A DNA stretch of 64,000 nucleotides from assembly GCA_039818205.1 (NCBI GenBank), contig JBCBUK010000017.1:1-64000 (forward strand), read 5' to 3'. The position numbers were made by a program, and so were the translations under genes. Positions within the stretch are counted from its first letter, which is position 1. Each line of letters begins with the position of its first letter. Below the pieces are notes generated by a model, which was not told where the DNA came from, ran no database searches, and saw only the letters and a program-made list of their open reading frames with translations. The DNA is from Verrucomicrobiota bacterium (GTDB lineage Bacteria; Verrucomicrobiota; Verrucomicrobiia; Opitutales; Cerasicoccaceae). Shown in pieces: positions 37,811 through 47,482 of the stretch.

Positions 37811-40387
37811 ATGAATCTGAAATTATGCCTACCGGCATTTCTGCTGTTCATGGCTTCGGCCATTGCTGTAAATATTGAGTTTCGAGCGGACTCCCACCGC
37901 ATCTACTGGGACTCAGTTTCGGACTACACCTACGTGGTCGAGCGTTCGACCAATCTGATCGACTGGAATGCAATTAGCCCAGTCCGTGTTGGCGATGGAA
38001 GTTCCCAGAATGTGGACGCGTCTTTGCCAACGGAAGACAACGTCTTTTACCGATTGCTCAAGATACCACCGACGGCTATTCAGAGTCCAGTGGTGGACGA
38101 CAGCAGCCCGGAATACCTTAGCTGGATTGAAGAGAGTTCGGATGGATCATTGCGATTCGAGTTCTATGCGCTGCTTGATAGCACCAACTTTGCAGACGTG
38201 CATTACCGAGTTAATGGAGATAGTTGGCTGAACCTGCGGATGGACGGCGATTTACCAAGACTTCACTATCAGACTCCGGCGTTGTCGGAAGGCGATGAAG
38301 TGGATTTTTATTTCACATTTGATGACGGCGGTCCCGTCGAAGATACGCCGACGCGTACCTATACAGTTGGTGCTGGTGGCAGCGGGAGCGATCCGGTGGA
38401 TCCACCAACGGGATCCGAATACGAGGACGTGCTGTTCACGCCCCGAACACCCTCAGATTACTCCCACGGTTTAACCTTTGCCAATGGGCAGGTGGATATC
38501 CGACTCAAAACCGGTGTCGACCCGGAGGAGATTATCGTGACCTATTCGATCAATGAGGGAAGCACGCCCGCTGGCAAAATGACGAAATCGGGTGACGAGT
38601 GGAGTTATCAAATTTCTGCTAGCGAAGGTGACACCCTGGAATACTGGTTTGAGTCGCGAACACCCGGGCACATCCGTAGCCCGCGCTTTGAGCGTGTCAT
38701 CGGGTCTGCTCAGCCAGCCGACATCGAACCCGACGTCATCATTGCCGCAGGACGTTTTCGTGATCGGCATGAGAACGAATTGCGCTTCGATCCCTACGTG
38801 GATAACTACTTTGACCGCAGCTATTTTGGTTTGGTGCTGCTCGACTACGGAAACTCGATCGACGTTACTTTTGATCCAGCGGAGCCGATGAATTTTGTCG
38901 ACATCAAGCTGTTTGACCAACTGACAACCCCGCATGAAGAACGTGGTATCGATGTGCGTGCCGATTATGATGAAGCGCATCGCATGTTTGAGGTCGATGA
39001 CAAGTTCTACTGGCGCGTGGAGCCCTTGGACCTGGGGCAGTTTGTCGATATGGAGTTTACGCTGCAGCGGACTCGAACCGGTCAGCAGTACTACACAGCA
39101 ATCTTCCGCATGTTTCAAGGTGCGGGTGGTTTAACCCAACGGGTAACCGACCAAGAAGCCTACAGCGGTGGCATGACTACGGTCGACGTATACAGCGAGT
39201 TGCAGTACGGGTTTTCCCAGGCGGCGCACAACATTTCTCCAGACAATCTGCGGGACTTCCTGGCGGGAAAACGAATCTTCGACCAAGAGTTCACATCTGG
39301 CGACGGGCTAGGACCACTATACAATGCAACCTCATGCTTCTCCTGCCATGTGAACGACGGTTCGGCGGCACCTCCAGGTTCGTTTTCTGAGATGATGCAG
39401 GGTATGTTGGTGAAACTAGCTGAACCGACGGTGTCCGGTCAGATTCCGCACCCGGAATACGGCGTGCAACTGCAAGACCGAGCGATTGAGGGCGAGCACG
39501 CCGAAGGACGCGGACACGTGACTTACAACGAGATTGCGGGACAATTTGACGATGGAACGAGCTATTCCTTGGCCGATCCGCAGTATTCATATTCGGGCTT
39601 ACGAGGGCCGGGTTTCCTAACGGCTATTCATTCGCCACGGGTTGCTCCGAAGCTCATTGGTATGGGATTGCTTGAAGCGATCCCAGAGACAACGCTCAAT
39701 GCCTGGGCAGATCCGACTGATGCAAACTTAGATGGCATTTCGGGCCGAGTGAACCAAGTGCCTAATCCTGAATCGGGTCTGACCGAAGCAGGTCGATTTG
39801 GCTGGAAGGCTTCCCAGAGTAGCACCCGTAATCAGGTGGCGATAGCGCTACGCGAAGATATGGGCATTAGTAACGTAGTTTATCCAGAGTCAGATGATTC
39901 AACCGAGCTCACCGAAACTGACTTTGAAGCAGCGGTCCATTACACCCAACTTCTGGGGCCGCCGCTTAGGCGAAACTGGGACGACAGTGATGTCTTAGCA
40001 GGAGAACAGCTCTTCACGACGCTCGATTGTGTCAGCTGCCATAAGCCAAGTGTCACGACTGGAAACGATCATCCAATAGCCGAACTACGGAATCAGTTGA
40101 TCCATCCTTACACCGACCTGTTGCTGCACGATATGGGAGACGGTTTAGCGGATGAGGTGTCCGAGGGAGATGCCGAGGGGCGTGAGTGGCGAACAGCTCC
40201 GCTGTGGGGGATTGGTCGAACGGAAGAGGTGAGCGGGCATACGCGTTTCCTTCACGATGGCCGAGCCCGCAACCTAGAGGAGGCGATCTTATGGCACGGA
40301 GGTGAAGCGGAGGCGTCTCGCGATGCCTACAAAGGCCTGACTGCCGACGAGCGTGCGCAGTTACTTAAATTTCTGGAGAGCCTCTAG
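37811..40387 (+). CDS. Secreted di-heme oxidoreductase (DHOR/DUF1111) with N-terminal CBM56-like modules
   Basis: Signal peptide; DGLGPLYNATSCFSCH, GMGLLEAI, GRFGWKA, CVSCH, PYTDLLLHDMG, WRTAPLWG, LHDGRAR; N-terminal ADVHYRVNG...NLRM...YFTF. Confidence 0.85.
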   Translation: MNLKLCLPAFLLFMASAIAVNIEFRADSHRIYWDSVSDYTYVVERSTNLIDWNAISPVRVGDGSSQNVDASLPTEDNVFYRLLKIPPTAIQSPVVDDSSPEYLSWIEESSDGSLRFEFYALLDSTNFADVHYRVNGDSWLNLRMDGDLPRLHYQTPALSEGDEVDFYFTFDDGGPVEDTPTRTYTVGAGGSGSDPVDPPTGSEYEDVLFTPRTPSDYSHGLTFANGQVDIRLKTGVDPEEIIVTYSINEGSTPAGKMTKSGDEWSYQISASEGDTLEYWFESRTPGHIRSPRFERVIGSAQPADIEPDVIIAAGRFRDRHENELRFDPYVDNYFDRSYFGLVLLDYGNSIDVTFDPAEPMNFVDIKLFDQLTTPHEERGIDVRADYDEAHRMFEVDDKFYWRVEPLDLGQFVDMEFTLQRTRTGQQYYTAIFRMFQGAGGLTQRVTDQEAYSGGMTTVDVYSELQYGFSQAAHNISPDNLRDFLAGKRIFDQEFTSGDGLGPLYNATSCFSCHVNDGSAAPPGSFSEMMQGMLVKLAEPTVSGQIPHPEYGVQLQDRAIEGEHAEGRGHVTYNEIAGQFDDGTSYSLADPQYSYSGLRGPGFLTAIHSPRVAPKLIGMGLLEAIPETTLNAWADPTDANLDGISGRVNQVPNPESGLTEAGRFGWKASQSSTRNQVAIALREDMGISNVVYPESDDSTELTETDFEAAVHYTQLLGPPLRRNWDDSDVLAGEQLFTTLDCVSCHKPSVTTGNDHPIAELRNQLIHPYTDLLLHDMGDGLADEVSEGDAEGREWRTAPLWGIGRTEEVSGHTRFLHDGRARNLEEAILWHGGEAEASRDAYKGLTADERAQLLKFLESL

Positions 40388-40421
40388 TGGGATCTCCGAG
40401 ACGAATAATCCTCCAAGCGCC

Positions 40422-41780
40422 TTAGCGCCGGGGGCCTCGACGAGGCACTCGGTTGCTGCTTTCCTCTGGCTCTGGCTGTGGTGCTTGCGGTGCCTGCGGC
40501 ACGACCACTATTGAATTGTCGGGCAATGGAGGAGTTTGCGGTGGTGAAATTGAAGCTGTAGCCGGTGGCTCCGCGGGTAGGGTTCGAAGAATCGGTTCAG
40601 GCTCAGGAGCCGGGGTGGGGGGCGTTTGGACGATTTCGGTTCGTGGGCTAATCGGCGTAACGGCTGGCGTTGCCAGCGGTAAGCGCTTTTGCTCTACGGG
40701 TATGGAACGCAAATACTGTTCCTGGGCCTGCCGCTTCATGGTTTCCAGTTCGTTGCGCATGGCTCCCAGTTCCGCGAGCGAATTGGCTAATTCATTGCGC
40801 AGTTTGGCGTTACTTGTCGATAGCTCGGAATTGTCTTTTGCGAGAAACTCTTGCCGCAATGTCATCTGAGAAATAGTGCCAGCGGAAAACTCTCGTGCGG
40901 AATGCGACTCCTCAAGCTCGCTGAGAAGCTCGGCGTTCGTTTGCTGAAGGGTTTCGATTGCCTCACCGGTTTCTAACGCTTCCTTTTCTTCGATCAGTTG
41001 GTTGTTTTGAAGTTCAAGGTTGGTGATGGTGGTATTGCGGTCTCGAATGGTCGCCCGTGCGTTGGCCAGCTCCGCTTGTAGGGCGCCAATCGTCTGCTCT
41101 TTTTGCGAGAGCAGGTTGTCGAGCTCAAGAATCTGTTCTTCCAGTTTCTTGTAGTCTTGTTCAGGGGTGATCTCGCGTTCTAGATTGGCAAAAACGGTGA
41201 CGGTGCCCGTGGCTTTCGCTTGCTCACCGGTGTTGAGGTTGAAGAACGAAATTTGAAATGCGCCGCTCTCAAATGGTGGGGCGCTTTCAGCCAAATCGGC
41301 TGAGCTTAGCATTTCTCCGGCGTCATCCGAGAGTTCTATAACCAGGTCGCTGATAATGTATTCACTGTCGCCCACTTCACCACCCGCCATTTGAAGCGAA
41401 AAGGTGATGCGATCATCCTTCTCGTTGTCCTCACCATTGACGACTTCGACGAAGCTGTCGCGGTCGGAAAGAAAAGCCTCGTAGTTGACCACGTAGTTGC
41501 GGTCGAGGGTGATTTCAGCAGCAGTGATGGAGTCTCGATGGACAAATGTGGAGATGGACTCTCCTTCATCAAGATAGCGCGGTTTGATCGCAATTGTGCC
41601 TGACAGGACCTGAGGTGGGCCGATTTTCGAACGCAATGCGGGGTCCACGTAGTCGATATCGCCCTCAAAAACAAAGTCTGCGCCAAGGTTGACACCGATT
41701 TTTGCCGCATGATCACCATCTTGATCCTGTGCGAGGATCGGTGACGAAATCAACAAAGAGAGAATGAGTAGGCGTTTCAT
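40422..41780 (-). CDS. Secreted protein: beta-rich domain, coiled coil, Pro-rich tail
   Basis: Signal peptide, heptad region and PTPAPEP-type tail; no family recognised. Confidence 0.75.
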   Translation of the reverse strand: MKRLLILSLLISSPILAQDQDGDHAAKIGVNLGADFVFEGDIDYVDPALRSKIGPPQVLSGTIAIKPRYLDEGESISTFVHRDSITAAEITLDRNYVVNYEAFLSDRDSFVEVVNGEDNEKDDRITFSLQMAGGEVGDSEYIISDLVIELSDDAGEMLSSADLAESAPPFESGAFQISFFNLNTGEQAKATGTVTVFANLEREITPEQDYKKLEEQILELDNLLSQKEQTIGALQAELANARATIRDRNTTITNLELQNNQLIEEKEALETGEAIETLQQTNAELLSELEESHSAREFSAGTISQMTLRQEFLAKDNSELSTSNAKLRNELANSLAELGAMRNELETMKRQAQEQYLRSIPVEQKRLPLATPAVTPISPRTEIVQTPPTPAPEPEPILRTLPAEPPATASISPPQTPPLPDNSIVVVPQAPQAPQPEPEESSNRVPRRGPRR

Positions 41781-41891
41781 GTCTAGATCGCGTAGGACAC
41801 GATAAATGCCAAATGGTTCTCCTAGGAAAGCGTGAAGGTCAGAATTAACAACGCCTTCACGCTTCCAAGAGATATGGTGACGAGACCGAAA

Positions 41892-43055
41892 CTACAGTTT
41901 CGGGAACTTGGTCCACTTTTGTTTAGCGTTGGCGCTCTTGACCGCAGTCTCGATGAACGCCATGCCGTAAACGCCGTCGTCAACGGTTGGGAAATCGTAG
42001 CCCTTTTTACGCGGATACTTGCCTTTTACCTCGTCCATAATCGCTTGGGCGGCTCCAAGGTAAACATTTGCGAAGGCTTCAATGAATGCTTCCGGGTGAC
42101 CGAATGGCAGACGGGAGTTTGCCTTCGTGATGTCACTCAAATAGTCGTTGCCGCGGCGCAGAACTTGGCGGGGCTTGTCTGGATACTTGATGATCAGGTC
42201 GTTCGGATACTCCTGGTGCCATTCAATTGAGGCCTTGGTTCCGTAAACGCGGATGTTGATGTTGTTCTCCTCGCCGCCGGATACTTGGGAGGCATAAACG
42301 ATTCCACGGGCACCGCCCTCGTAGTGAACGAGTAGGTTCCCGTCGTCTTCCAGCAATCGACCAGGAGCGAAGGTGGTGAAGTCAGCACAGAGTTCTTCGA
42401 TTTCGAGGCCCGTAATGTAGCGGGCAAGGTTTTCGGCGTGGGTGCCAATATCGCCGATGCAGCACGAGGCGCCGGCTCGTTTCGGATCGGTGCGCCATGC
42501 CGCTTGCTTTTGATCTTCTTTTTCCAGCGCAGTCAACAACCAGCCTTGTGGATACTCCGCGACGATTTTCAAAATGTCGCCGATCTTGCCCTTCTTTACC
42601 CATTCACGGGCTTCCTTTACCATTGGATAGCCAGTATAGTTGTGGGTTAGCGCGAAGACTTTGCCGGACTTGTCGACGATCTTCTTTAGTTGCTTTGCCT
42701 CTTTGAGGTCGAAGGTCATCGGCTTATCGCAAATGACGTTGAACCCGGCTTCCAGGAAGCACTTCGCAACGGGGAAGTGCATGTGGTTCGGAGTGACAAT
42801 TGAGACGAAGTCCAAACGCTGATCCTTGGGGAGAGCAGCCTCAGTCTTGGCCATCTCTTCGTAGGATGAGTAGGTGCGTTCAGGATCGACAAAGAAGTCT
42901 GCTCCGGAGAGCCGGGAGCGATCAGGGTCGCTGGAAAAGCAGCCAGCAACGAGTTCCATTTTGCCGTCCAAAGCGGCAGCCATTCGGTGGACGGCGCCAA
43001 TAAAGGCATCACGACCACCACCAATCATTCCGTAGCGGAGTTTTCGTTTCATCAC
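41892..43055 (-). CDS. Gfo/Idh/MocA family oxidoreductase
   Basis: GMIGGGRDAFIG, IVTPNHMH, ICDKP, GDIGTH, GHPEAF. Confidence 0.93.
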   Translation of the reverse strand: MMKRKLRYGMIGGGRDAFIGAVHRMAAALDGKMELVAGCFSSDPDRSRLSGADFFVDPERTYSSYEEMAKTEAALPKDQRLDFVSIVTPNHMHFPVAKCFLEAGFNVICDKPMTFDLKEAKQLKKIVDKSGKVFALTHNYTGYPMVKEAREWVKKGKIGDILKIVAEYPQGWLLTALEKEDQKQAAWRTDPKRAGASCCIGDIGTHAENLARYITGLEIEELCADFTTFAPGRLLEDDGNLLVHYEGGARGIVYASQVSGGEENNINIRVYGTKASIEWHQEYPNDLIIKYPDKPRQVLRRGNDYLSDITKANSRLPFGHPEAFIEAFANVYLGAAQAIMDEVKGKYPRKKGYDFPTVDDGVYGMAFIETAVKSANAKQKWTKFPKL

Positions 43056-43152
43056 CCTTGTTTAAGCAGGGGTGGCCAGCATTTTAAAGCAAGAAGTTCG
43101 TTTTGGTAACGAACATTCTGATATCTACAACGGAACTAGCCGCTAGCTGATC

Positions 43153-43809
43153 CTAGTCTTCGATTTGCCCAACCAGTTTGAGCAAGTCGATCGGATTTTC
43201 GCAGATATCGTATGGCTTCTCTTTGGCGATAGCTTCATATCGATTAAACCCCCAGGTCACGCCAACGGATCGCACCAGCGCTTTCTGGGCCGCCCGTACG
43301 TCTCGGGTCTCATCACCAACGTAGGCCATCGTGGAAGGGTCCAGCGTAAAGGTCTTCATGACCGAACGGAGATTCTTGGCCTTTCCGCCAAGCTTGGGCA
43401 CGGTGCTGATAAAATCGAAAATTTGCAGGTCTTCCTTGGTCAAAAATGCCTCCACATTCACTTTCGCATTGGAAGTGAGGATTCCCAAGGTTGTGACCTT
43501 TGGGCGCAAGGTTCGCAAAACGTCTGGCATCCCCTCAATTGGTTTGATCTCGCTAATCCGCTTGCCGAATATTCGTCTGCCTTCGCGAATCATCGACGGA
43601 ATCTTCATGCGTGGAATGTCGTAGGCACGAATGAACTGCTTCGTGGTCATATTGCGAGCCTTCTCGAGCTCGTTGGGAGGGAGCTGTTTATAGCCGTAGA
43701 CCGGGGCCAGGCGGTTAAAAAGACGCAAGGCTTCAGACAAGGTATCTGCAATTGTGCCGTCAAAATCGAAGACGAGACAGCTTGGAACGGGCTTCGGCGC
43801 GATTGGCAT
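43153..43809 (-). CDS. HAD-superfamily hydrolase
   Basis: FDFDGT, LTSN, YVGDETRD, VTWG; start re-placed at ATG 43809. Confidence 0.9.
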   Translation of the reverse strand: MPIAPKPVPSCLVFDFDGTIADTLSEALRLFNRLAPVYGYKQLPPNELEKARNMTTKQFIRAYDIPRMKIPSMIREGRRIFGKRISEIKPIEGMPDVLRTLRPKVTTLGILTSNAKVNVEAFLTKEDLQIFDFISTVPKLGGKAKNLRSVMKTFTLDPSTMAYVGDETRDVRAAQKALVRSVGVTWGFNRYEAIAKEKPYDICENPIDLLKLVGQIED

Positions 43810-43963
43810 AGCGCGAGGTAGCATTAAGCTAAAGTTGACAATGGCAATGCGAATTATTGGGATGCGGCAAATGGCAGAAATTTTGTAATCAGTCTCAAAT
43901 TTTGATGGATTGCCCAGATGGTAGATTCTCATTTGTAATGAGTACAACTGCCGCGGAAAATGT

Positions 43964-44899
43964 ATGCCAGAATCGGACCCAATTGAAACGCCAAGGCCAG
44001 AACTCGAGCAGGTTCAGGCGTTTCTGCGTTGCCTTGAAAGCGAACGCCGCATGTCTCCCTATACGGTTCGAAACTACGGGCAAGCACTTCGGCGATTTGC
44101 AGAGGCTATGCGGGCGACGGAACGTTGGCAGGGTGACTGGTCGACACTGAAGACACTGTCGTTCCGCAGTTACCTGATTGACGCGCAAAAGACGCTATCG
44201 CGGCGAACGATCCACAATCACTTTTCGGCGCTGCGCACATTTTATCAGTGGATGCGAGAACACGAGACGGTCAGCGAAAATCCGATGTTGGGGCTTAACA
44301 TGCCAAAGATGCCCAAGTCGCTCCCGAAATATCTAACCGAGAGTCAGATGAAGGCGCTTCTCAATGGCCCGATGCGCCTGTTGGACAACGAAGCTCTGGA
44401 GCCTGCCGCTGCGCTCCGGGATCGCCTGGTAATGGAGCTGCTCTATGGCGCTGGTCTTCGAGTTAGTGAGTTGGTGGCGTTGAATCATGGCTCAATTGAC
44501 AGCTTGGGCGTCGCTCGGGTCGTCGGAAAGGGGAACAAGGAGCGTCTGTGTCCAATCGGCAAGGTTGCGTTGGCATGTTTGGATGAATATCGAAAGAAGT
44601 TTGCTCGGGCGACCGATCGCGCTGCTCCGATTCTTGTAAATGATAAGGGGAAACGAATTTCAGTAAGAAGTGTGCAGCTAATGCTTAAGCGTTACCTTGC
44701 TCTAGCCGATTTACCCATGGACTTAAGTCCTCACAAAATTCGACACAGCTACGCTACACACATGTTAAATCACGGAGCAGACCTCAGAATGGTTCAAGAA
44801 TTGCTTGGTCACGCAAGCCTTTCAACCACACAAATTTACACGCACGTCGGAGTCGCTCGACTCAAAGACGTTCATCAGCGGGCCCATCCTCGGGGTTAA
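43964..44899 (+). CDS. xerC: XerC/XerD-type tyrosine recombinase
   Basis: LYGAGLRVSEL, GKGNKER, SPHKIRHSYATH, LLGHASLSTTQIYTH. XerC versus XerD is uncertain. Confidence 0.85.
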   Translation: MPESDPIETPRPELEQVQAFLRCLESERRMSPYTVRNYGQALRRFAEAMRATERWQGDWSTLKTLSFRSYLIDAQKTLSRRTIHNHFSALRTFYQWMREHETVSENPMLGLNMPKMPKSLPKYLTESQMKALLNGPMRLLDNEALEPAAALRDRLVMELLYGAGLRVSELVALNHGSIDSLGVARVVGKGNKERLCPIGKVALACLDEYRKKFARATDRAAPILVNDKGKRISVRSVQLMLKRYLALADLPMDLSPHKIRHSYATHMLNHGADLRMVQELLGHASLSTTQIYTHVGVARLKDVHQRAHPRG

Positions 44900-45031
44900 T
44901 CACCGAGTTTTTGTGGATTTTTGTTCGCTAAAAGGCTCACTGTCAGTTGTTTCGGAAGCGCGTTAATTTTTTTCTTTTCAGTAATTTTACATTGTACTAT
45001 TATGGATGTTCCCCTGAGGCTTTGTTACTCA

Positions 45032-45940
45032 ATGTGTGATTCTTCTTTATCGTTGGCGCTGGCGAAAGTTGTTGCTGTCGCCGCTTGGGCGGATGGCGTT
45101 GTCCAGCCGGAGGAACGGGATTGTTTAAAGGATCTCTTGTATCAGCTGCCCGAACTACACCGTAAAGATTGGCGTAAAGTTGAGGATCTCCTGGATCATG
45201 AAATTTCGCCGGAAGCGCGTCGATATTACCTGGCCGAGCTTGCTGACCAACTGACGGATGGATCGTCAACCCAATTTGCGCTCTATGCATTGGAGCGAAT
45301 GATTCAGGCCGATGGAGTCGTGACTTATGAGGAATATCGCCTACTGGAGGAGTTTTTAGATCAGATTCGCGAACGGTCGGCTCATGCGTTGCCGTTGGTT
45401 TCGAGGATTCTCGATCGGCCGATCCGCAGGCGGTTGCAGGCAGCGGGTCACTCTGAATGCGATTTTGCTCCGGTTGATGAAGTGGTGCAAAATCGAGTCG
45501 AGGATTGGAAAGTTGGGATGGTTGGGCTTGAGCATCGCTCCGACCATGAGCTGCGCCGCCTGTGCCTCGCTGGAATCCTGATTGCCCGGGTGATACACGC
45601 GGACGGTAAGATCGACGAGCGCGAGCTAGCAACCGCCATAGATTTTCTAACTCGTTGTTGGCACCTGAAGCGCGAACAAGCGGAGTTCGTCATGATCGTG
45701 TCACTTTCCGATGAGTTCAGCGTTTTGGATGCCCTCAGGATAAGCCGGTGGCTATTTGAGGTCACCGATTTGCGTGAGCGCCGTATTTTCCTGGAGTTAC
45801 TGTTTGAGCTCGCCGCAGTCGATTCGAAGATCGATCAACGCGAAATTGATGAGATTATGCAAATCTGCGCAAACCTGCGATTGGAACATCTCGATTTTCA
45901 ACGCGGCCTAGAGCGTATTGTGGAAGAAGAGGCGGGCTAG
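45032..45940 (+). CDS. Tandem TerB-family protein
   Basis: Repeated ADGVVQPEE / ADGVVTYEE / ADGKIDERE / VDSKIDQRE motifs; start codon uncertain. Confidence 0.8.
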   Translation: MCDSSLSLALAKVVAVAAWADGVVQPEERDCLKDLLYQLPELHRKDWRKVEDLLDHEISPEARRYYLAELADQLTDGSSTQFALYALERMIQADGVVTYEEYRLLEEFLDQIRERSAHALPLVSRILDRPIRRRLQAAGHSECDFAPVDEVVQNRVEDWKVGMVGLEHRSDHELRRLCLAGILIARVIHADGKIDERELATAIDFLTRCWHLKREQAEFVMIVSLSDEFSVLDALRISRWLFEVTDLRERRIFLELLFELAAVDSKIDQREIDEIMQICANLRLEHLDFQRGLERIVEEEAG

Positions 45941-46599
45941 GGGCCCATCGGATTGCTGCTGGTATCGATTTGCTCGAGTTTCCTAAGGTCGTGTATGGGG
46001 CTGAAATCCGTTATCTGATTCTCGTGGCAAAACAACACGTGGAGTTGCTCAAGACTACGGAGAGGTTCCAGTGAGGAAACTTGATTGTCCCAACAGTAGA
46101 GCTCTTGGAGATTCGGACAGTTTTCAACACCGTCGAGGGATCGAAGGCCGTTGTCTGTTAAATTCAGGGAAATGAGCTTTGGCATTAGTTTCAGCTCTGC
46201 GACTGACTCTATCTTATTTTTGTAGAGATTTAGTTCAACTAGCTGAGTTAGGCCGGCGATGCTTCCAAGCTTACAGAGGCGATTTCCCTGCAGTTTGAGT
46301 GTCTTCAGGCTTTCGAGAGCACCGAAAGAGGAGCTGTCCGAGATATCGTTGAATGAAAGGTCGAGATGTTTAAGTAGACCGTGTTCCGCTAAGCCTGTGA
46401 TGGATCGGATTTCAAATCCGACAATTCGCAGTTTTTGAAGGTTGGGGAAGCGTTTCAAGCCTTCCAAGTCCACGAGCTCAATCGTTGATTCCGGCCGAGA
46501 ACGGTTAAAATCGCTGATTAGTTCAAGTGAATTCAGTTCTTCGGGTACTTCGCCTTGCTGCTCGATTAGCTGAACAACTTGATCCCAAGGCCCGTTCAT
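45937..46599 (-). CDS. Leucine-rich repeat protein (internalin-like 22-aa repeats)
   Basis: LxxLxLxxNxI repeats such as LKHLDLSFNDI and LVELNLYKNKI. Confidence 0.9.
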   Translation of the reverse strand: MNGPWDQVVQLIEQQGEVPEELNSLELISDFNRSRPESTIELVDLEGLKRFPNLQKLRIVGFEIRSITGLAEHGLLKHLDLSFNDISDSSSFGALESLKTLKLQGNRLCKLGSIAGLTQLVELNLYKNKIESVAELKLMPKLISLNLTDNGLRSLDGVENCPNLQELYCWDNQVSSLEPLRSLEQLHVLFCHENQITDFSPIHDLRKLEQIDTSSNPMGP

Positions 46600-47312
46600 T
46601 TCGTAATCGGGCGCATGCCGACTTCGCTGGGGTCGATTTTTTCGGCGTCGGAAGTGTTGTCAAACTTGCCCGCAATGATCTGAGTTGGGTTGTAGGCGTA
46701 TTTGCGAAATTTACCCTTTCCATAGACGATGACGTCTACCCAGCCAGAGTTGTAGAGCACGGTGACGTGGTTGTCGACGTGGCGCCACACGCCCGTTTCA
46801 CCAAACACGCCCTCGGGTCCGTTGGGGTAGGTGGTGCGCGCCGTGCCATCAGGCTTAATCTGAACGTAGAAGTCTTCGCTGCTTTCGTCTTGCAGCTTCC
46901 AAACACCGATAAAATTGCTGATGTTGACTTCCTCAAACAGCTTGCGACCTTCGACTTTGTTCGCCGAAGATGTATTTGAAGGCTCCGCGCTAAGCGCAGT
47001 GTTCGGGCTGAAACCATGCTTGGTGAAAGTTCCATCATCGTTGTCTTTGATGGTGTCGCACCATCCGCTATCGTATAGCACAGTGGTGATGCCGTCTCCG
47101 CGGTGCCAGTAACCGCGCTCGCCCAGAAAGCCGGTGTCACCTTTACTGTAATTCGTCCGCGCAAAGTTGCCCTCTTCGAGCGCGATTAGGAATTTGCCAC
47201 CTTCACCATCGCCGACTTCCCAAATCTCAGGGAGCTCGATTTCAGCGTCTGTCGACGCAAAGCTCGTGCAGAGAGCGAGAAGGGAAAGGCAAATTAAGAT
47301 GGGATACTTCAT
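46596..47312 (-). CDS. Secreted protein with two internal beta-rich repeats
   Basis: Signal peptide; the pattern W...F...ART...GE.G.W...TVLY.SGW.D.I occurs twice. Confidence 0.75.
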   Translation of the reverse strand: MKYPILICLSLLALCTSFASTDAEIELPEIWEVGDGEGGKFLIALEEGNFARTNYSKGDTGFLGERGYWHRGDGITTVLYDSGWCDTIKDNDDGTFTKHGFSPNTALSAEPSNTSSANKVEGRKLFEEVNISNFIGVWKLQDESSEDFYVQIKPDGTARTTYPNGPEGVFGETGVWRHVDNHVTVLYNSGWVDVIVYGKGKFRKYAYNPTQIIAGKFDNTSDAEKIDPSEVGMRPITK

Positions 47313-47482
47313 TGTAAAATAGTGTGGATGTTTGAGACGACAATTTAGGATGTATAGTCAGGCTAATCCTAAGTTCGAAAGCTGGGGCAGATCAAGCGTG
47401 GGATACTCCGGAGAATCGACTTCAAGGCCCATATTCTGCCTGAACAAATAGAGGATCGGTTAGAAGCTTGCGTTGGCAACGC

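Noticed and set aside
43964..44899. Tyrosine recombinase as a prophage or island integrase
   Set aside because: Size and motifs fit chromosomal Xer; it lies 32 kb from the prophage, with no att repeats or cargo beside it.
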